Part shown: positions 1 to 18,001 of the stretch, in pieces
Layout: every line of letters starts with the position of its first letter
How positions within the stretch are numbered: position 1 is the first letter of the stretch
The notes under the pieces: generated by a model
Databases searched by the model: none
What the model was told of the DNA's origin: nothing
What the model saw: only the letters and a program-made list of their open reading frames with translations
Program-made: the position numbers and the translations under genes
Source of the DNA: Pseudomonadota bacterium
Lineage (GTDB): Bacteria > Pseudomonadota > Gammaproteobacteria > Burkholderiales > SG8-39
Length of the DNA: 58,893 nt
Reading direction: 5' to 3'
NCBI GenBank assembly: GCA_040756795.1
Contig: JBFLYF010000001.1
Location: forward strand, 1-58,893

Positions 1-146
1 GCACCGAGATGGTGATGCCGGGGGATAACGTGAAGATGGTGGTGACGCTGATCACGCCGGTGGCGATGGAGCAGGGGCTGCGCTTCGCGATCCGCGAGGG
101 CGGCAAGACCGTCGGCGCGGGCGTCGTGGCGAAGGTGATCGAATAA
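1..146 (+). CDS. tuf: Elongation factor Tu, C-terminal fragment (5' part outside window)
   Basis: Frame from nt 3 reads [47 protein letters not shown], then TAA at 144-146. This is the typical EF-Tu C-terminus, and tRNA-Trp/secE/nusG follow as in the conserved tufB locus. Confidence 0.95.
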   Translation, partial: TEMVMPGDNVKMVVTLITPVAMEQGLRFAIREGGKTVGAGVVAKVIE

Positions 147-160
147 GGTGCCGGAGAAGA

Positions 161-236
161 AGGGGCATAGCTCAACTGGCAGAGCGTCGGTCTCCAAAAC
201 CGAAGGTTGGGGGTTCGATTCCCTCTGCCCCTGCCA
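161..236 (+). tRNA. trnW: tRNA-Trp (anticodon CCA)
   Basis: 76-nt cloverleaf folded by hand. Acceptor AGGGGCA/TGCCCCT, D stem GCTC/GAGC, anticodon stem TCGGT/ACCGA with loop CTCCAAA (CCA anticodon), T arm GGGGG-TTCGATT-CCCTC, encoded 3' CCA. Confidence 0.93.
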
Positions 237-245
237 CTGACTGAA

Positions 246-608
246 ATGGAAACCATCGCGGACAAGATCAAGCTCGCGGCTGCCGCGGCGCTCGTCGCCG
301 CCGGCATCGTCGGCTATTACTGGCTCTCGGCGAGCAACATCCTGCTGCGCATCCTGGCGGTGATCGGCGGCATCGCCGCGGGGGCGGCGGTGGCGTGGAC
401 CAGCGCTGCCGGGCGCGACTTCGTCGTCTTCGGGCGCGAAGCGCTGTTGGAAGTGAAGAAGGTGGTCTGGCCGACGCGCAAGGAGACGGTGCAGACCACG
501 GCCGCGGTGTTCGCCTTCGTGGTGGTGATGGCGGTGTTCCTGTGGGTCAGCGACAAGACCCTCGAGTGGGTGCTCTACGACCTGATCCTCGGATGGAAGA
601 AGACATGA
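246..608 (+). CDS. secE: Preprotein translocase subunit SecE
   Basis: METIADKIK... with a hydrophobic TM segment and a conserved C-terminal region. Sits between tRNA-Trp and nusG. Stop TGA overlaps the nusG ATG (ATGA at 605-608). The internal ATG at 246 was chosen because the 207 start overlaps the tRNA. Confidence 0.85.
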   Translation: METIADKIKLAAAAALVAAGIVGYYWLSASNILLRILAVIGGIAAGAAVAWTSAAGRDFVVFGREALLEVKKVVWPTRKETVQTTAAVFAFVVVMAVFLWVSDKTLEWVLYDLILGWKKT

Positions 609-1156
609 CGGCACAGGCACAGGCAGGCAAGCGCTGGTACGTGGTGCACGCCTACTCGGGGTTCGAGAAGTCGGTGCAGCGCGCGCTCGAGGACCGCATC
701 AACCGCGCCGGGATGAAGGACAAGTTCGGCCGCATCCTGGTGCCGGTCGAGGAAGTCGTCGAGATGAAGGGCGGGCAGAAGCACATGTCGGAGCGCAAGT
801 TCTTCCCGGGCTACGTGCTGGTCGAGATGGAGATGAACGACGACACCTGGCACCTGGTGAAGAACACCAACAAGGTCACCGGCTTTGTCGGCGGCACCGC
901 GATGCGGCCCACCCCGATCTCCGAGAAGGAGGTCAACGCCATCATGCAGCAGATGCGCGAGGGCGTGGAGAAGCCCAAGCCCAAGGTGCTGTTCGAGAAC
1001 GGCGAGATGGTGCGCGTCAAGGACGGCCCGTTCACCGACTTTCAGGGCACGGTGGAGGACGTGAACTACGAGAAGAGCCGCCTGCGCGTCGCGGTGACGA
1101 TTTTCGGCCGTTCGACTCCCGTCGAATTGGAGTTTGGGCAGGTTGAGAAGGCGTAG
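605..1156 (+). CDS. nusG: Transcription termination/antitermination factor NusG
   Basis: [16 protein letters not shown]...FPGYVLVEM...KVTGFVG...[20 protein letters not shown]: NGN and KOW domains are recognisable. Conserved position. Confidence 0.95.
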   Translation: MTAQAQAGKRWYVVHAYSGFEKSVQRALEDRINRAGMKDKFGRILVPVEEVVEMKGGQKHMSERKFFPGYVLVEMEMNDDTWHLVKNTNKVTGFVGGTAMRPTPISEKEVNAIMQQMREGVEKPKPKVLFENGEMVRVKDGPFTDFQGTVEDVNYEKSRLRVAVTIFGRSTPVELEFGQVEKA

Positions 1157-1209
1157 CGATCCGGGGAGAGACCTTACGTCTCGTCTGAACCCACATTAGG
1201 AGCGAAAGC

Positions 1210-1641
1210 GTGGCAAAGAAAATCGTCGGTTTCATCAAGCTGCAGGTGCCCGCGGGCAAGGCCAACCCCGCGCCGCCCATCGGGCCGGCGCTCGGCCAGC
1301 GCGGGCTCAACATCATGGAGTTCTGCAAGGCGTTCAACGCGCAGACGCAGAAGGTCGAGCCCGGCCTGCCGCTGCCCGTGGTCATCACGGCCTACGCCGA
1401 CAAGAGCTTCAGCTTCGTCATCAAGACGCCGCCGACCACGGTGCTGATCAAGAAGGCCGCCGGCATCGAGTCCGGCAGCGCGCGGCCGCACACCGACAAG
1501 GTCGGCAAGATCACGAAGAAGCAGGTCGAGGAAATCGCGCGCACGAAGATGCCCGATCTGAACGCCGCCAGCCTCGAGGCCGCGATGCGCACGGTCGCGG
1601 GCAGCGCGCGCTCGATGGGCATCATCGTGGAGGGCATGTAG
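1210..1641 (+). CDS. rplK: 50S ribosomal protein L11
   Basis: [43 protein letters not shown] is the canonical L11 N-terminus. GTG start preceded by AGGAG. Confidence 0.96.
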   Translation: MAKKIVGFIKLQVPAGKANPAPPIGPALGQRGLNIMEFCKAFNAQTQKVEPGLPLPVVITAYADKSFSFVIKTPPTTVLIKKAAGIESGSARPHTDKVGKITKKQVEEIARTKMPDLNAASLEAAMRTVAGSARSMGIIVEGM

Positions 1642-2343
1642 ATGAGCACGCTCTCGAAGCGCAGGAAGGCGATCGCCGGCAAGGTGGACCGGGCCAAGGC
1701 GTACGCGGCGCTGGAAGCCATGAAGCTCGTCAAGGAGACGGCCACCGCCAAGTTCGACGAGTCGATCGACGTCGCGGTCAACCTCGGCATCGACGCCAAG
1801 AAGTCCGACCAGACGGTGCGCGGCTCGGTGGTGCTGCCGGCGGGCACCGGAAAGAAGGTGCGCGTCGCCGTTTTCGCGCAGGGCGACAAGGCGCAGGCGG
1901 CGAAAGCCGCGGGCGCCGAGCTCGTGGGCATGGAGGACCTCGCCGAGCAGGTCAAGGCGGGCAAGATGGAGTTCGACGTCGTCATCGCGGCGCCCGACGC
2001 CATGCGCGTGGTGGGGCAGCTCGGCCAGATCCTGGGGCCGCGCGGCCTGATGCCCAACCCCAAGGTCGGGACCGTGACGCCGGACGTCGCCGCGGCGGTG
2101 AAGAACGCGAAGGGCGGGCAGGTGCAGTTCCGCGCCGACAAGACCGGGATCGTGCAATGCACGATCGGGCGCGCCTCGTTCACGCCGGAGCAGCTGCGCG
2201 ACAACCTCGGCGCGCTGCTCGAGGCGCTCAACCGCGCCAAGCCCGCGCATACGAAAGGAATCTTCCTGAAAAAGGTATCGGTGTCGAGCACGATGGGGAT
2301 GGGAGTCAAGGTCGATCCCGCCACGCTGTCGGCACAGCAATGA
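1642..2343 (+). CDS. rplA: 50S ribosomal protein L1
   Basis: ATG lies immediately after the rplK stop. Contains the L1 motifs [33 protein letters not shown]... Confidence 0.96.
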   Translation: MSTLSKRRKAIAGKVDRAKAYAALEAMKLVKETATAKFDESIDVAVNLGIDAKKSDQTVRGSVVLPAGTGKKVRVAVFAQGDKAQAAKAAGAELVGMEDLAEQVKAGKMEFDVVIAAPDAMRVVGQLGQILGPRGLMPNPKVGTVTPDVAAAVKNAKGGQVQFRADKTGIVQCTIGRASFTPEQLRDNLGALLEALNRAKPAHTKGIFLKKVSVSSTMGMGVKVDPATLSAQQ

Positions 2344-2481
2344 CTTTGACGTTGCAGTTGCAACAGGCTGTCAAAGACCGTAGGAGCGCCGGTACGGGCT
2401 TAATCGCGCTTCATCCTACGCAGACGGCGTTCCTGAGGATTCGGGGTCGCCGCTTTTTCAATGCAGGAAAGGAGGCAGACC
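2344..2481 (+). promoter_or_regulatory. rplJ 5' leader (candidate L10/L12 autoregulatory leader)
   Basis: 138-nt untranslated spacer between rplA and rplJ, the position where proteobacteria carry the L10 leader. It contains GC-rich self-complementary stretches. The structure was not modelled. Confidence 0.35.
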
Positions 2482-3003
2482 TTGGGTCTCAATCTTGAAG
2501 AAAAGCAGGCGGTCGTGAGCGAGGTGGCGGCACAGCTCGGCGACGCGCAGGCGGTGATCGTCGCGGAATACCGCGGCCTCGACGTCGGCGCGGTGACCGA
2601 TCTGCGCGCCAAGGCGCGCAAGTCCGGGCTCTATCTGCGGGTGCTGAAGAACACGCTCGCGCGGCGCGCGGTGAAGGGCACGCCGTTCGAGAAGCTCTCC
2701 GGGCAGATGGCCGGGCCGCTGATGTACGGCATCGCGACAGATCCGGTGGCCGGCGCCAAGGTGCTCGCGGCGTTCGCCAAGGATCACGAGCGGTTCGTGA
2801 TCCGGGGCGGCGCGATGCCGAACGTCCTGATGTCCGTCGCGGACGTCAGGGCGCTCGCCATCCTGCCGGGCCGGGAGGAGCTGCTCGCCAGGCTGGTCGG
2901 CACGCTGCAGGCGCCGCTCGCCAAGCTGGTGCGCACGCTGAACGAGGTGCCGGGCAAGTTCGTCAGGACTCTGGCGGCGGTTCGCGACGCCAAGACCGCT
3001 TAA
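2482..3003 (+). CDS. rplJ: 50S ribosomal protein L10
   Basis: [17 protein letters not shown]...AEYRGLDV is an L10 sequence. TTG at 2482 lies 6 nt after GGAAAGGAGG, whereas the ATG at 2461 would overlap that SD. The start is therefore uncertain (2461 or 2482). Confidence 0.9.
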   Translation: MGLNLEEKQAVVSEVAAQLGDAQAVIVAEYRGLDVGAVTDLRAKARKSGLYLRVLKNTLARRAVKGTPFEKLSGQMAGPLMYGIATDPVAGAKVLAAFAKDHERFVIRGGAMPNVLMSVADVRALAILPGREELLARLVGTLQAPLAKLVRTLNEVPGKFVRTLAAVRDAKTA

Positions 3004-3034
3004 TCAGGAACCAATTCAGTCAGGAGAAAAGGAA

Positions 3035-3415
3035 ATGGAACGAGCGCAGATTCTGGAAGCAATCTCGAAGATGACGGTCCTCGAGCTCTCGCAGCTCATC
3101 AAGGACATGGAAGAGAAGTTCGGCGTGTCGGCGGCCGCGGCGGTCGCGGTGGCGGCGCCGGCCGCGGGCGGCGCGGCTGCGGGCGCGGCGGCGGCGGAGG
3201 AGAAGACCGAGTTCACGGTCGTGCTCACCGCGGTCGGCGAGAACAAGGTCAACGTCATCAAGGCGGTGCGCGAGGTGACGAGCCTGGGGCTGAAGGAGGC
3301 CAAGGACCTGGTCGACGGGGCGCCCAAGCCGGTGAAGGAAGGCATCTCGAAGGCCGATGCCGATGCCGTGGCGAAGAAGCTCGCCGACGCGGGCGCCAAG
3401 GTCGAGATCAAGTAG
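3035..3415 (+). CDS. rplL: 50S ribosomal protein L7/L12
   Basis: N-terminal dimerisation helix, Ala/Gly-rich hinge ([24 protein letters not shown]), and C-terminal domain ...[41 protein letters not shown]. Confidence 0.96.
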   Translation: MERAQILEAISKMTVLELSQLIKDMEEKFGVSAAAAVAVAAPAAGGAAAGAAAAEEKTEFTVVLTAVGENKVNVIKAVREVTSLGLKEAKDLVDGAPKPVKEGISKADADAVAKKLADAGAKVEIK

Positions 3416-3428
3416 TGGAACTTCGGCA

Positions 3429-3468
3429 CCCCGGGCAGGGTCTCACCACCCTTCCCGGGGTTCGTATT
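3429..3468 (+). terminator. rplL-rpoB intergenic hairpin (partial terminator/attenuator)
   Basis: CCCCGGGCAGGG-tctcacca-CCCTTCCCGGGG (one mismatch) followed by TTCGTATTC. It sits where the known rplL-rpoB attenuator lies in other proteobacteria. Confidence 0.55.
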
Positions 3469-3497
3469 CATAGGAATTCAAAGGCTTAGGAGCCTGC

Positions 3498-7784
<4,287 letters not shown>

Positions 7785-7785
7785 G

Positions 7786-11991
<4,206 letters not shown>

Positions 11992-12022
11992 GCCGGATCA
12001 TCGGGGTCAGAGCCCGATTTCG

Positions 12023-12052
12023 AAAGGCCGCCTCCGGGCGGCCTTTTTTCTT
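12023..12052 (+). terminator. Rho-independent terminator after rpoC (could also serve the convergent gene)
   Basis: AAAGGCCGCC-tccg-GGCGGCCTTT followed by a TTTTC T-run. It is flanked by the rpoC stop (11991) and the convergent stop at 12055. Confidence 0.8.
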
Positions 12053-12054
12053 GC

Positions 12055-13602
12055 CTAGAAATCCTTGAACCGGCAGTCCGGGTCGCGCCGGATCTGCTCG
12101 AGCAGCGCGACCTCCCAGTGCAGGTAGTCGCGCATCGCCGCCTCGACCTGCGTCTTGCCGTCGTAGGGCTTGTAGTAGACGTCCTCGGGCGGCTCGAGCA
12201 TGCGCGTCTCGCCCGATTCCATCGGCAGCCCGGCGGCATGCCAGGCGTCGGTGCCGCCTTCGAGCGCCGCGGCCTCGACGCCGAGCGCCGCCAGGTCGGC
12301 GGCCGCATAGCGCGCGAGCACGCCGTCAGGGGAAGTGCAGACGGCGGTCTTTCCTTTCAGGAACTCCTTCTGCTTCTCCAGGCGGGAACGGATGGCGAAC
12401 GCGGCACCCGGGATGTGGCCTTTGCGATACTGGATGCTGGTCGCGAAATCAAGGAGCAATGAGTGCTTTGGCAGTTTGTTCACGGCTATCAGGGCGACGT
12501 CGGGAAGCGAACCCCGATCCGGAAAACCCTTTTCAAGTGAACCCCCGAGACCCTCGGTGACGACGAAAACCTCCTTCCAGCCCATCTGCAGCAGCCAGGA
12601 GGCGGTCATGGTGGCGCGCACACCATGGTCGTCCACCAGCGCGATGCGCGCGTTGCGCACCGCGGCGTAGCTGTCGGTTTCCTGCACCAGCTGCCCGCCC
12701 GGCGCCGAGACCGAGCCCGGCAGGTGGCCCGCCTCGTACTCTTCCGGCGAGCGCACGTCGAAGACGTACGTCGTCCTGGTTTTCTCCTGGAGAAGCTTGT
12801 TCAGCCGGGACAAAGAGATCTCCTGGATGTCGAATCGCGCGGCGACCTTCGCCGCGGCGGCCTTCGCTTTCTCCAGGGCCTCCTTGTCCGGCACCTTCGC
12901 CATGCGCGCCTGGCCGTGCTCGAGCTCGAACCCCGCGAGATGCCAGCCCATGGTGCCGTTCTTCAGCGCCACGACCCGGTTCGGGATGCCGGCGTTGATG
13001 AGCGACTGCGCGCCGATGATCGAGCGCGTGCGCCCGGCGCAGTTCACCACCACCAGCGTCTGCGGCCGCGGCGCGGCCTGGTGCACGCGGTAGACGAGCT
13101 CCGCGCCCGGGCAGTCGGTCGCGCCCGGTATGTTCATCACGCGGTATTCGCTCATCGGCCGCGAGTCGAGCACGACCAGGTCCTCGCCCGCGTCCAGCAT
13201 CGCCTTGAGCTCGGCAGCCGAGACGCGCGGCGTCTTCTCCCGGTGCTCGACATGCTCGCCGAAGGCCTTGGAAGGCACGTGCACGCCCGAATAGACCTCG
13301 TAGCCCGCCTGACGCCAGCCGGGCATGCCGCCCGCGAGCACGCGCAGGTCGCGATAGCCGAGCCGCGCGAGCACGCCCGCGGCGCGCAGCGCGAGGCGCT
13401 CGTCGTCGTCGACCAGCACGACCGTGGCGCCGGGCCGGGGCACCAGCCGCGCGGCGTGGAGCTCGAGCGTGGAGAGCGGCGCCGAGGTGGCGAGGAAGAG
13501 GTGGCCGCGCGAGTGCACGCCTTCTTCGCGCACGTCGAGCAGCGCGACTTCGCCGCCCGCGTCGAGCAGCGCGCGCAGCGCGCGGGCATCGATTCGAGTC
13601 AC
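12055..13602 (-). CDS. Multi-domain rhodanese-like sulfurtransferase (about four tandem rhodanese repeats)
   Basis: Repeated rhodanese-type modules. One has the active-site loop NCAGRTRS and one has VCTSPDG. Two repeats carry Asp in place of the Cys (VDDDERL, VDDHGVR). Confidence 0.8.
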   Translation of the reverse strand: MTRIDARALRALLDAGGEVALLDVREEGVHSRGHLFLATSAPLSTLELHAARLVPRPGATVVLVDDDERLALRAAGVLARLGYRDLRVLAGGMPGWRQAGYEVYSGVHVPSKAFGEHVEHREKTPRVSAAELKAMLDAGEDLVVLDSRPMSEYRVMNIPGATDCPGAELVYRVHQAAPRPQTLVVVNCAGRTRSIIGAQSLINAGIPNRVVALKNGTMGWHLAGFELEHGQARMAKVPDKEALEKAKAAAAKVAARFDIQEISLSRLNKLLQEKTRTTYVFDVRSPEEYEAGHLPGSVSAPGGQLVQETDSYAAVRNARIALVDDHGVRATMTASWLLQMGWKEVFVVTEGLGGSLEKGFPDRGSLPDVALIAVNKLPKHSLLLDFATSIQYRKGHIPGAAFAIRSRLEKQKEFLKGKTAVCTSPDGVLARYAAADLAALGVEAAALEGGTDAWHAAGLPMESGETRMLEPPEDVYYKPYDGKTQVEAAMRDYLHWEVALLEQIRRDPDCRFKDF

Positions 13603-13619
13603 TTAGACGCCGCTTTGCG

Positions 13620-13892
13620 TCACTTCCTCGCCGGCGCCTTGTCGAAGCTCGAGAGCGCGACCTTGCCGTTCACGAACCGGATCGTGATCACGCTGTCGCC
13701 GGAGGCCCAGCGCGAAGCGGTCCCCGAGATCCCGAGCACCGTGGTGGTGTTGGACTCGCTGGGGCTGCCGAGGATCGCGTGGACCTCCTGCTCGGTCATG
13801 CCTTCGCGGATCTTGCCGAAGTTCTTCTGCGTCACCTTGGAGCAGGCGGCGAGCAGCAGGGCGAGCGTTGCGGCTGCGAGGACGGTTCTCAT
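13620..13892 (-). CDS. Small lipoprotein, function unknown
   Basis: Signal peptide with lipobox LLAAC|S, 90 aa, GC3-rich codons. Confidence 0.7.
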   Translation of the reverse strand: MRTVLAAATLALLLAACSKVTQKNFGKIREGMTEQEVHAILGSPSESNTTTVLGISGTASRWASGDSVITIRFVNGKVALSSFDKAPARK

Positions 13893-13912
13893 GGCGCCAC
13901 TATAATCGTTCC

Positions 13913-14428
13913 ATGCTGATCAGGCCCGCTGCGCCGCAAGATCTCCCCGCCATCCAGGCGATCTACGCCCACCACGTGCTGCACGGCCTCGCCTCCTTCG
14001 AGGAGGTGCCGCCGCCCGTGGAGGAGATGCGGCGGCGCTTCGCGGAAGTGACCGGCCAGGGACTGCCGTATCTCGCGGCCGAGGAGGCGGGCGAGGTGCT
14101 CGGCTACGGCTATTGCACGCTCTACCGGACGCGCTCGGCGTACCGCTATACGCTGGAGGACTCGGTCTACGTCAAGGAAGGTCAGCAGGGCAAGGGCATC
14201 GGCAAGGCACTGCTCGCCGAGCTGATCGCGCGCTGCGAGGCGCTCAACTACCGGCAGATCGTCGCCGTGATCGGCGACAGCGCGAACCTCGCCTCGATCG
14301 CGCTGCACGCGAGCCTCGGCTTCGTGCGCGCCGGCAACCTGCGCTCCACCGGCTACAAGCTCGGGCGCTGGGTGGATTCCGTGCTGATGCAGCGCCCGCT
14401 GGGCGCCGGCGACGGAACTAGACCGTGA
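13913..14428 (+). CDS. GNAT family N-acetyltransferase (phosphinothricin/methionine-sulfoximine acetyltransferase-like)
   Basis: MLIRPAAPQDLPAIQAIYAHHV...QGKGIGKALLAELI (acetyl-CoA loop). Start set at the ATG 6 nt after TATAAT (13901-13906). The upstream ATG at 13868 would overlap the divergent lipoprotein gene. Confidence 0.8.
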   Translation: MLIRPAAPQDLPAIQAIYAHHVLHGLASFEEVPPPVEEMRRRFAEVTGQGLPYLAAEEAGEVLGYGYCTLYRTRSAYRYTLEDSVYVKEGQQGKGIGKALLAELIARCEALNYRQIVAVIGDSANLASIALHASLGFVRAGNLRSTGYKLGRWVDSVLMQRPLGAGDGTRP

Positions 14429-15392
14429 GAACCACTTTTCCCTTCACCTTCCTCGCCGCCATCAGCTTCAAGGCGTCTGCGGCCTGAGCGAGCGGGAAGG
14501 TCTGCGAAACGTGGGGCCTGAGCTTTCCCTCGCGGAACCACGCCGCGAGCTGGCCGATGCTCGCCGCGAGCGCCTTGGGCTCGCGGCGCGCGAAATCGCC
14601 CCAGAACACGCCCACGATCGCGCAGCCCTTGAGCAGCGCCAGATTGAGCGGAATTCTCGGAATGTCTCCCGCCGCGAAGCCGACCACCAGCAGCCGTCCG
14701 CGCCAGGCGGTCGAGCGCAGCGCGGGCTCCGTGTAGCGCCCGCCGACCGCGTCGTAGACGACGTCCACGCCCCGGCCGGCGGTGAGCTGCTTGATGCGCT
14801 CGCGCAGGTCCTCGGCGGCGTAGTCGATCGTCTCGTCGGCGCCGTGCTCGCGGCACACCGCGAGCTTCTCTTCGCTCGAGGCGCAGGCGATGACGCGCGC
14901 ACCGAGCGCCTTGCCGATCTCGATCGCGGCGATGCCGACGCCGCCCGCGGCGCCGAGCACGAGCAGCGTCTCTCCCGCCTTGAGGCCGGCGCGGTCGCGC
15001 AGCGCATGGTCCGAGGTGCCATAGGTGAGCAGGAACGCCGCGGCGCTCTCGAAGTCCATGCCCTTCGGAATCGGCACCAGGCGCGCGGCCTCGACTTTCA
15101 CTTCCTCGGCAAAGGCGCCGTACGTGGTGAACGCGATCACCCGGTCGCCCGGCTTGAAGCCCTTCACGCCCGCGCCGACCTCCTTCACCACGCCCGCCAT
15201 CTCGCTGCCGGGCGAGAACGGCAGCGGCGGCTTGAACTGGTACTTGTTCTGGATGATCAGCACGTCGGGAAAATTGACGCTCGCCGCCTTGATGCCGACC
15301 ACGACCTCGCCGGGGCCCGCCTGCGGCGAGGGCAGGTCCTCGATCACCAGCGACTCGGGCGGGCCGAACTGCTTGCAGAGGACTGCTTTCAC
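14418..15392 (-). CDS. NADPH:quinone oxidoreductase / zinc-binding MDR family dehydrogenase
   Basis: MKAVLCKQFGPPESLVIEDLP...LVLGAAGGVGIAAIEIGKALGARVIA (Rossmann motif). Confidence 0.85.
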   Translation of the reverse strand: MKAVLCKQFGPPESLVIEDLPSPQAGPGEVVVGIKAASVNFPDVLIIQNKYQFKPPLPFSPGSEMAGVVKEVGAGVKGFKPGDRVIAFTTYGAFAEEVKVEAARLVPIPKGMDFESAAAFLLTYGTSDHALRDRAGLKAGETLLVLGAAGGVGIAAIEIGKALGARVIACASSEEKLAVCREHGADETIDYAAEDLRERIKQLTAGRGVDVVYDAVGGRYTEPALRSTAWRGRLLVVGFAAGDIPRIPLNLALLKGCAIVGVFWGDFARREPKALAASIGQLAAWFREGKLRPHVSQTFPLAQAADALKLMAARKVKGKVVLTV

Positions 15393-15427
15393 CGGGTTAC
15401 CATGGTCTTTTTCGGCAAGGGCGGATT

Positions 15428-16360
15428 ATGACCGAACCGGTGCTGCACCATTACCCCGTTTCTCCGTTCGCCGAGAAGGCGCGCCTGATGCTGGGCTTCA
15501 AGCGCCTCGCGTGGAAGTCGGTGCAGATCCCGCTGATCATGCCCAAGCCGGACGTTGTGGCGCTCACGGGCGGCTACCGCCGAACGCCGATCCTGCAGCT
15601 GGGCGCCGACATCTACTGCGATACGGCGCTGATCGCGCGCGTGCTGGAGCGCCTCGCGCCGTCGCCATCTCTCTTCCCGCACGGCGAGAGCTACGCGCAG
15701 CAGGCGGCGGCGCATTTCGCCGACACCACGCTGTTCTGGAATACCGTGCCCGTGGGCTTCCAGCCGGGGGCGGGCATGATGAAGATGTTCTTCAAGGACG
15801 CGACGCCGGAGTACCTCGCGGCCTTCGGCAAGGACCGCTCGGCCTATCGCGCGGGATTGCGCCGCGGCCCGATGCACGAGTGCAAGGCGAACCTGGCGGG
15901 CTTGCTCGGCAAGATCGAGGCGCAGCTCGCGGCGAGCTTCCTGTTCGGCGCCGAGCCCTGCTATGCGGACTTCTGCCTGTATCACGCGCTCTGGCCCATC
16001 TGGCTGCCGGAGGACCTGCGCCCGATGCTCGCGCCTTATGCGCGCACGCTCGCCTTCATGCAGCGCATGACCGCGCTCGGCCACGGCAAGTCGAGGGACC
16101 TCACCAGCGGCGGAGCGATCGAGCTCGCCAAGTCCTCGAAACCCGAGCCGGTAAAGAATGCCTTGGCGCTGGAGACCAACGGCATCGCGCTCGGCGCCCA
16201 AGCGTCGGTGATGCCCGTGGACACCGGTCTGGATCCGGTAGTCGGCGAACTACTGCAGGCATCGGCCGACGAGATCGTGATCCGGCGCACCGACCCGCGA
16301 GCGGGCACCGTGCACGTGCATTTCCCGCGCTTCGGTTACCAGCTTGCGAAACCCGGCTAG
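15428..16360 (+). CDS. Glutathione S-transferase family protein
   Basis: N-terminal thioredoxin-like GST fold (HHYPVSPFAEKARLMLGFK...TPILQLGADIYCDTALIARVLE) plus a helical C-terminal domain. Confidence 0.7.
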   Translation: MTEPVLHHYPVSPFAEKARLMLGFKRLAWKSVQIPLIMPKPDVVALTGGYRRTPILQLGADIYCDTALIARVLERLAPSPSLFPHGESYAQQAAAHFADTTLFWNTVPVGFQPGAGMMKMFFKDATPEYLAAFGKDRSAYRAGLRRGPMHECKANLAGLLGKIEAQLAASFLFGAEPCYADFCLYHALWPIWLPEDLRPMLAPYARTLAFMQRMTALGHGKSRDLTSGGAIELAKSSKPEPVKNALALETNGIALGAQASVMPVDTGLDPVVGELLQASADEIVIRRTDPRAGTVHVHFPRFGYQLAKPG

Positions 16361-17091
16361 CTCCAGCGCGCGGCGAGGCCGCCGTCGATGGTGAGGATGC
16401 AGCCCGAGGTGTAGGCCGAGCGCTCGGAGGCGAGAAAGGCCGCGGCCGAGGCGATCTCGTCCGCGCTCGCCGGCCGGCCGAAGGACATCTCCTTGAAGAG
16501 CTCGCGGTAGCGCTCGGCATCGCCGAGCTTGGTCTGCGCCATCTGCCTGTAAAGCGAGATCAGCCGATCCGTGGCGACGGGCCCCGGATTGATGCCGACC
16601 ACGCGGATGCCGTCGGCGTGCGAGGCGCCGCCGAGCGTGCGCGTGAAGGCCATCAACCCGGCGTTCGCGGTGCTGCCGGCGATGTAGGCCGGGTTGAGCC
16701 GCTCGCCCGCGTTGCCGAGGATGTTGACGATGACGCCGCGCCCGCGCGTCTTCATCTTCGCGTAGACGGCGCGCGTCAGATTGATGTAGCCGAACACCTT
16801 CAGGTCCCAGGCGCGGCGCCAGGTTTCCTCGTCCACGCGCTGCAGGTCGCCGCCGGGGATCGCGCCTGCGTTGTTGACCAGGATGTCGAGGTCTCCGGCC
16901 CAGGCGGAGAGTTCTTCCGCGACTCCGCGCAGTGACAGGTCGGCCTGCCTTGCATTCGGCCCGGGCGCGATGCTTCGGGAGGTACCCAGAACGACGCACC
17001 CCTCGCGAGCGAAGGCTTCGCCGCACGCGCGGCCGATTCCTTTGGATGCGCCTGTAACCAGAACCCGCTTCCCTTTGAGATTCAAATCCAT
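16357..17091 (-). CDS. SDR family oxidoreductase
   Basis: MDLNLKGKRVLVTGASKGIG..., NNAG, catalytic YxxxK-type region. The start could also be 17103 or 17121. Confidence 0.85.
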   Translation of the reverse strand: MDLNLKGKRVLVTGASKGIGRACGEAFAREGCVVLGTSRSIAPGPNARQADLSLRGVAEELSAWAGDLDILVNNAGAIPGGDLQRVDEETWRRAWDLKVFGYINLTRAVYAKMKTRGRGVIVNILGNAGERLNPAYIAGSTANAGLMAFTRTLGGASHADGIRVVGINPGPVATDRLISLYRQMAQTKLGDAERYRELFKEMSFGRPASADEIASAAAFLASERSAYTSGCILTIDGGLAARWS

Positions 17092-17104
17092 ATAGGCTTG
17101 CATT

Positions 17105-18001
17105 ATGCCTACTCTCACCACCGACGACGGCGTCAGGCTCTACTACGAAGAAACCGGCAGCGGGACCCCGCTCGTATTCGTGCACGAGTTTGCGGGCGAT
17201 TCGCGCAGCTGGGAGCCCCAGGTGCGCCACTTCGCGCGGCGCTACCGCTGCATCAACTACAACGCGCGCGGCTACCCGCCCTCGGACGTGCCCGAGGACG
17301 CAGAGCGCTACTCGCAGGCGCGCGCGCGCGACGACATCCGCTGCGTGCTGGACGCGCTCGGCATCGAGAGGGCGCACGTGGTGGGGCTGTCGATGGGCGC
17401 GTTCGCGACGCTGCACTTCGGCATGGCCTATCCCGCGCGCGCGCTTTCGCTCACCGTCGCGGGCGGGGGCTACGGCGCGCATCCCGCGCAATACGCCCAG
17501 TTCCAGGCCGACGCGCGCGAGAACGCGAGGGTGATCCGCGAGAAGGGCATGGCGCATTTCGCCGCGACCTACGGCCACGGCCCCACGCGCGTGCAGCTGC
17601 AGAACAAGGACCCGCGCGGCTTCGCCGAGTACGAGCGCCAGCTCGCCGAGCACTCCGCGGCGGGCTCGGCGAACACCATGCTCGGCTACCAGGCGCGCCG
17701 GCCTTCGCTCTACGGCCTGACCGCCGAGATGCAGCGCATCGCCGTTCCCACGTTGATCCTGGCGGGCGACGAGGAAGAGCCGTGCCTCGAAGCCTGCCTG
17801 CTGATGAAGCGCTGCATCCCTGCGGCGGGGCTGGCCGTGCTGCCCAGGAGCGGCCACGCCATCAACCTCGAGGAGCCGGCGCTCTTCAACCGGCTGCTGG
17901 AGGACTTCCTGCACCTGGTCGAAGCGGGACGCTGGGGCGCGCGCGACCCGCGCGCAGCACCCCCTTCGATCTGGGGGCCCGCAGGCCGTCCTAGCGCTTG
18001 A
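17105..18001 (+). CDS. Alpha/beta hydrolase
   Basis: TDDGVRLYYEETGSGTPLVFVHEFAGD, nucleophile elbow GLSMG, C-terminal SGHAINLEEP. Confidence 0.85.
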   Translation: MPTLTTDDGVRLYYEETGSGTPLVFVHEFAGDSRSWEPQVRHFARRYRCINYNARGYPPSDVPEDAERYSQARARDDIRCVLDALGIERAHVVGLSMGAFATLHFGMAYPARALSLTVAGGGYGAHPAQYAQFQADARENARVIREKGMAHFAATYGHGPTRVQLQNKDPRGFAEYERQLAEHSAAGSANTMLGYQARRPSLYGLTAEMQRIAVPTLILAGDEEEPCLEACLLMKRCIPAAGLAVLPRSGHAINLEEPALFNRLLEDFLHLVEAGRWGARDPRAAPPSIWGPAGRPSA

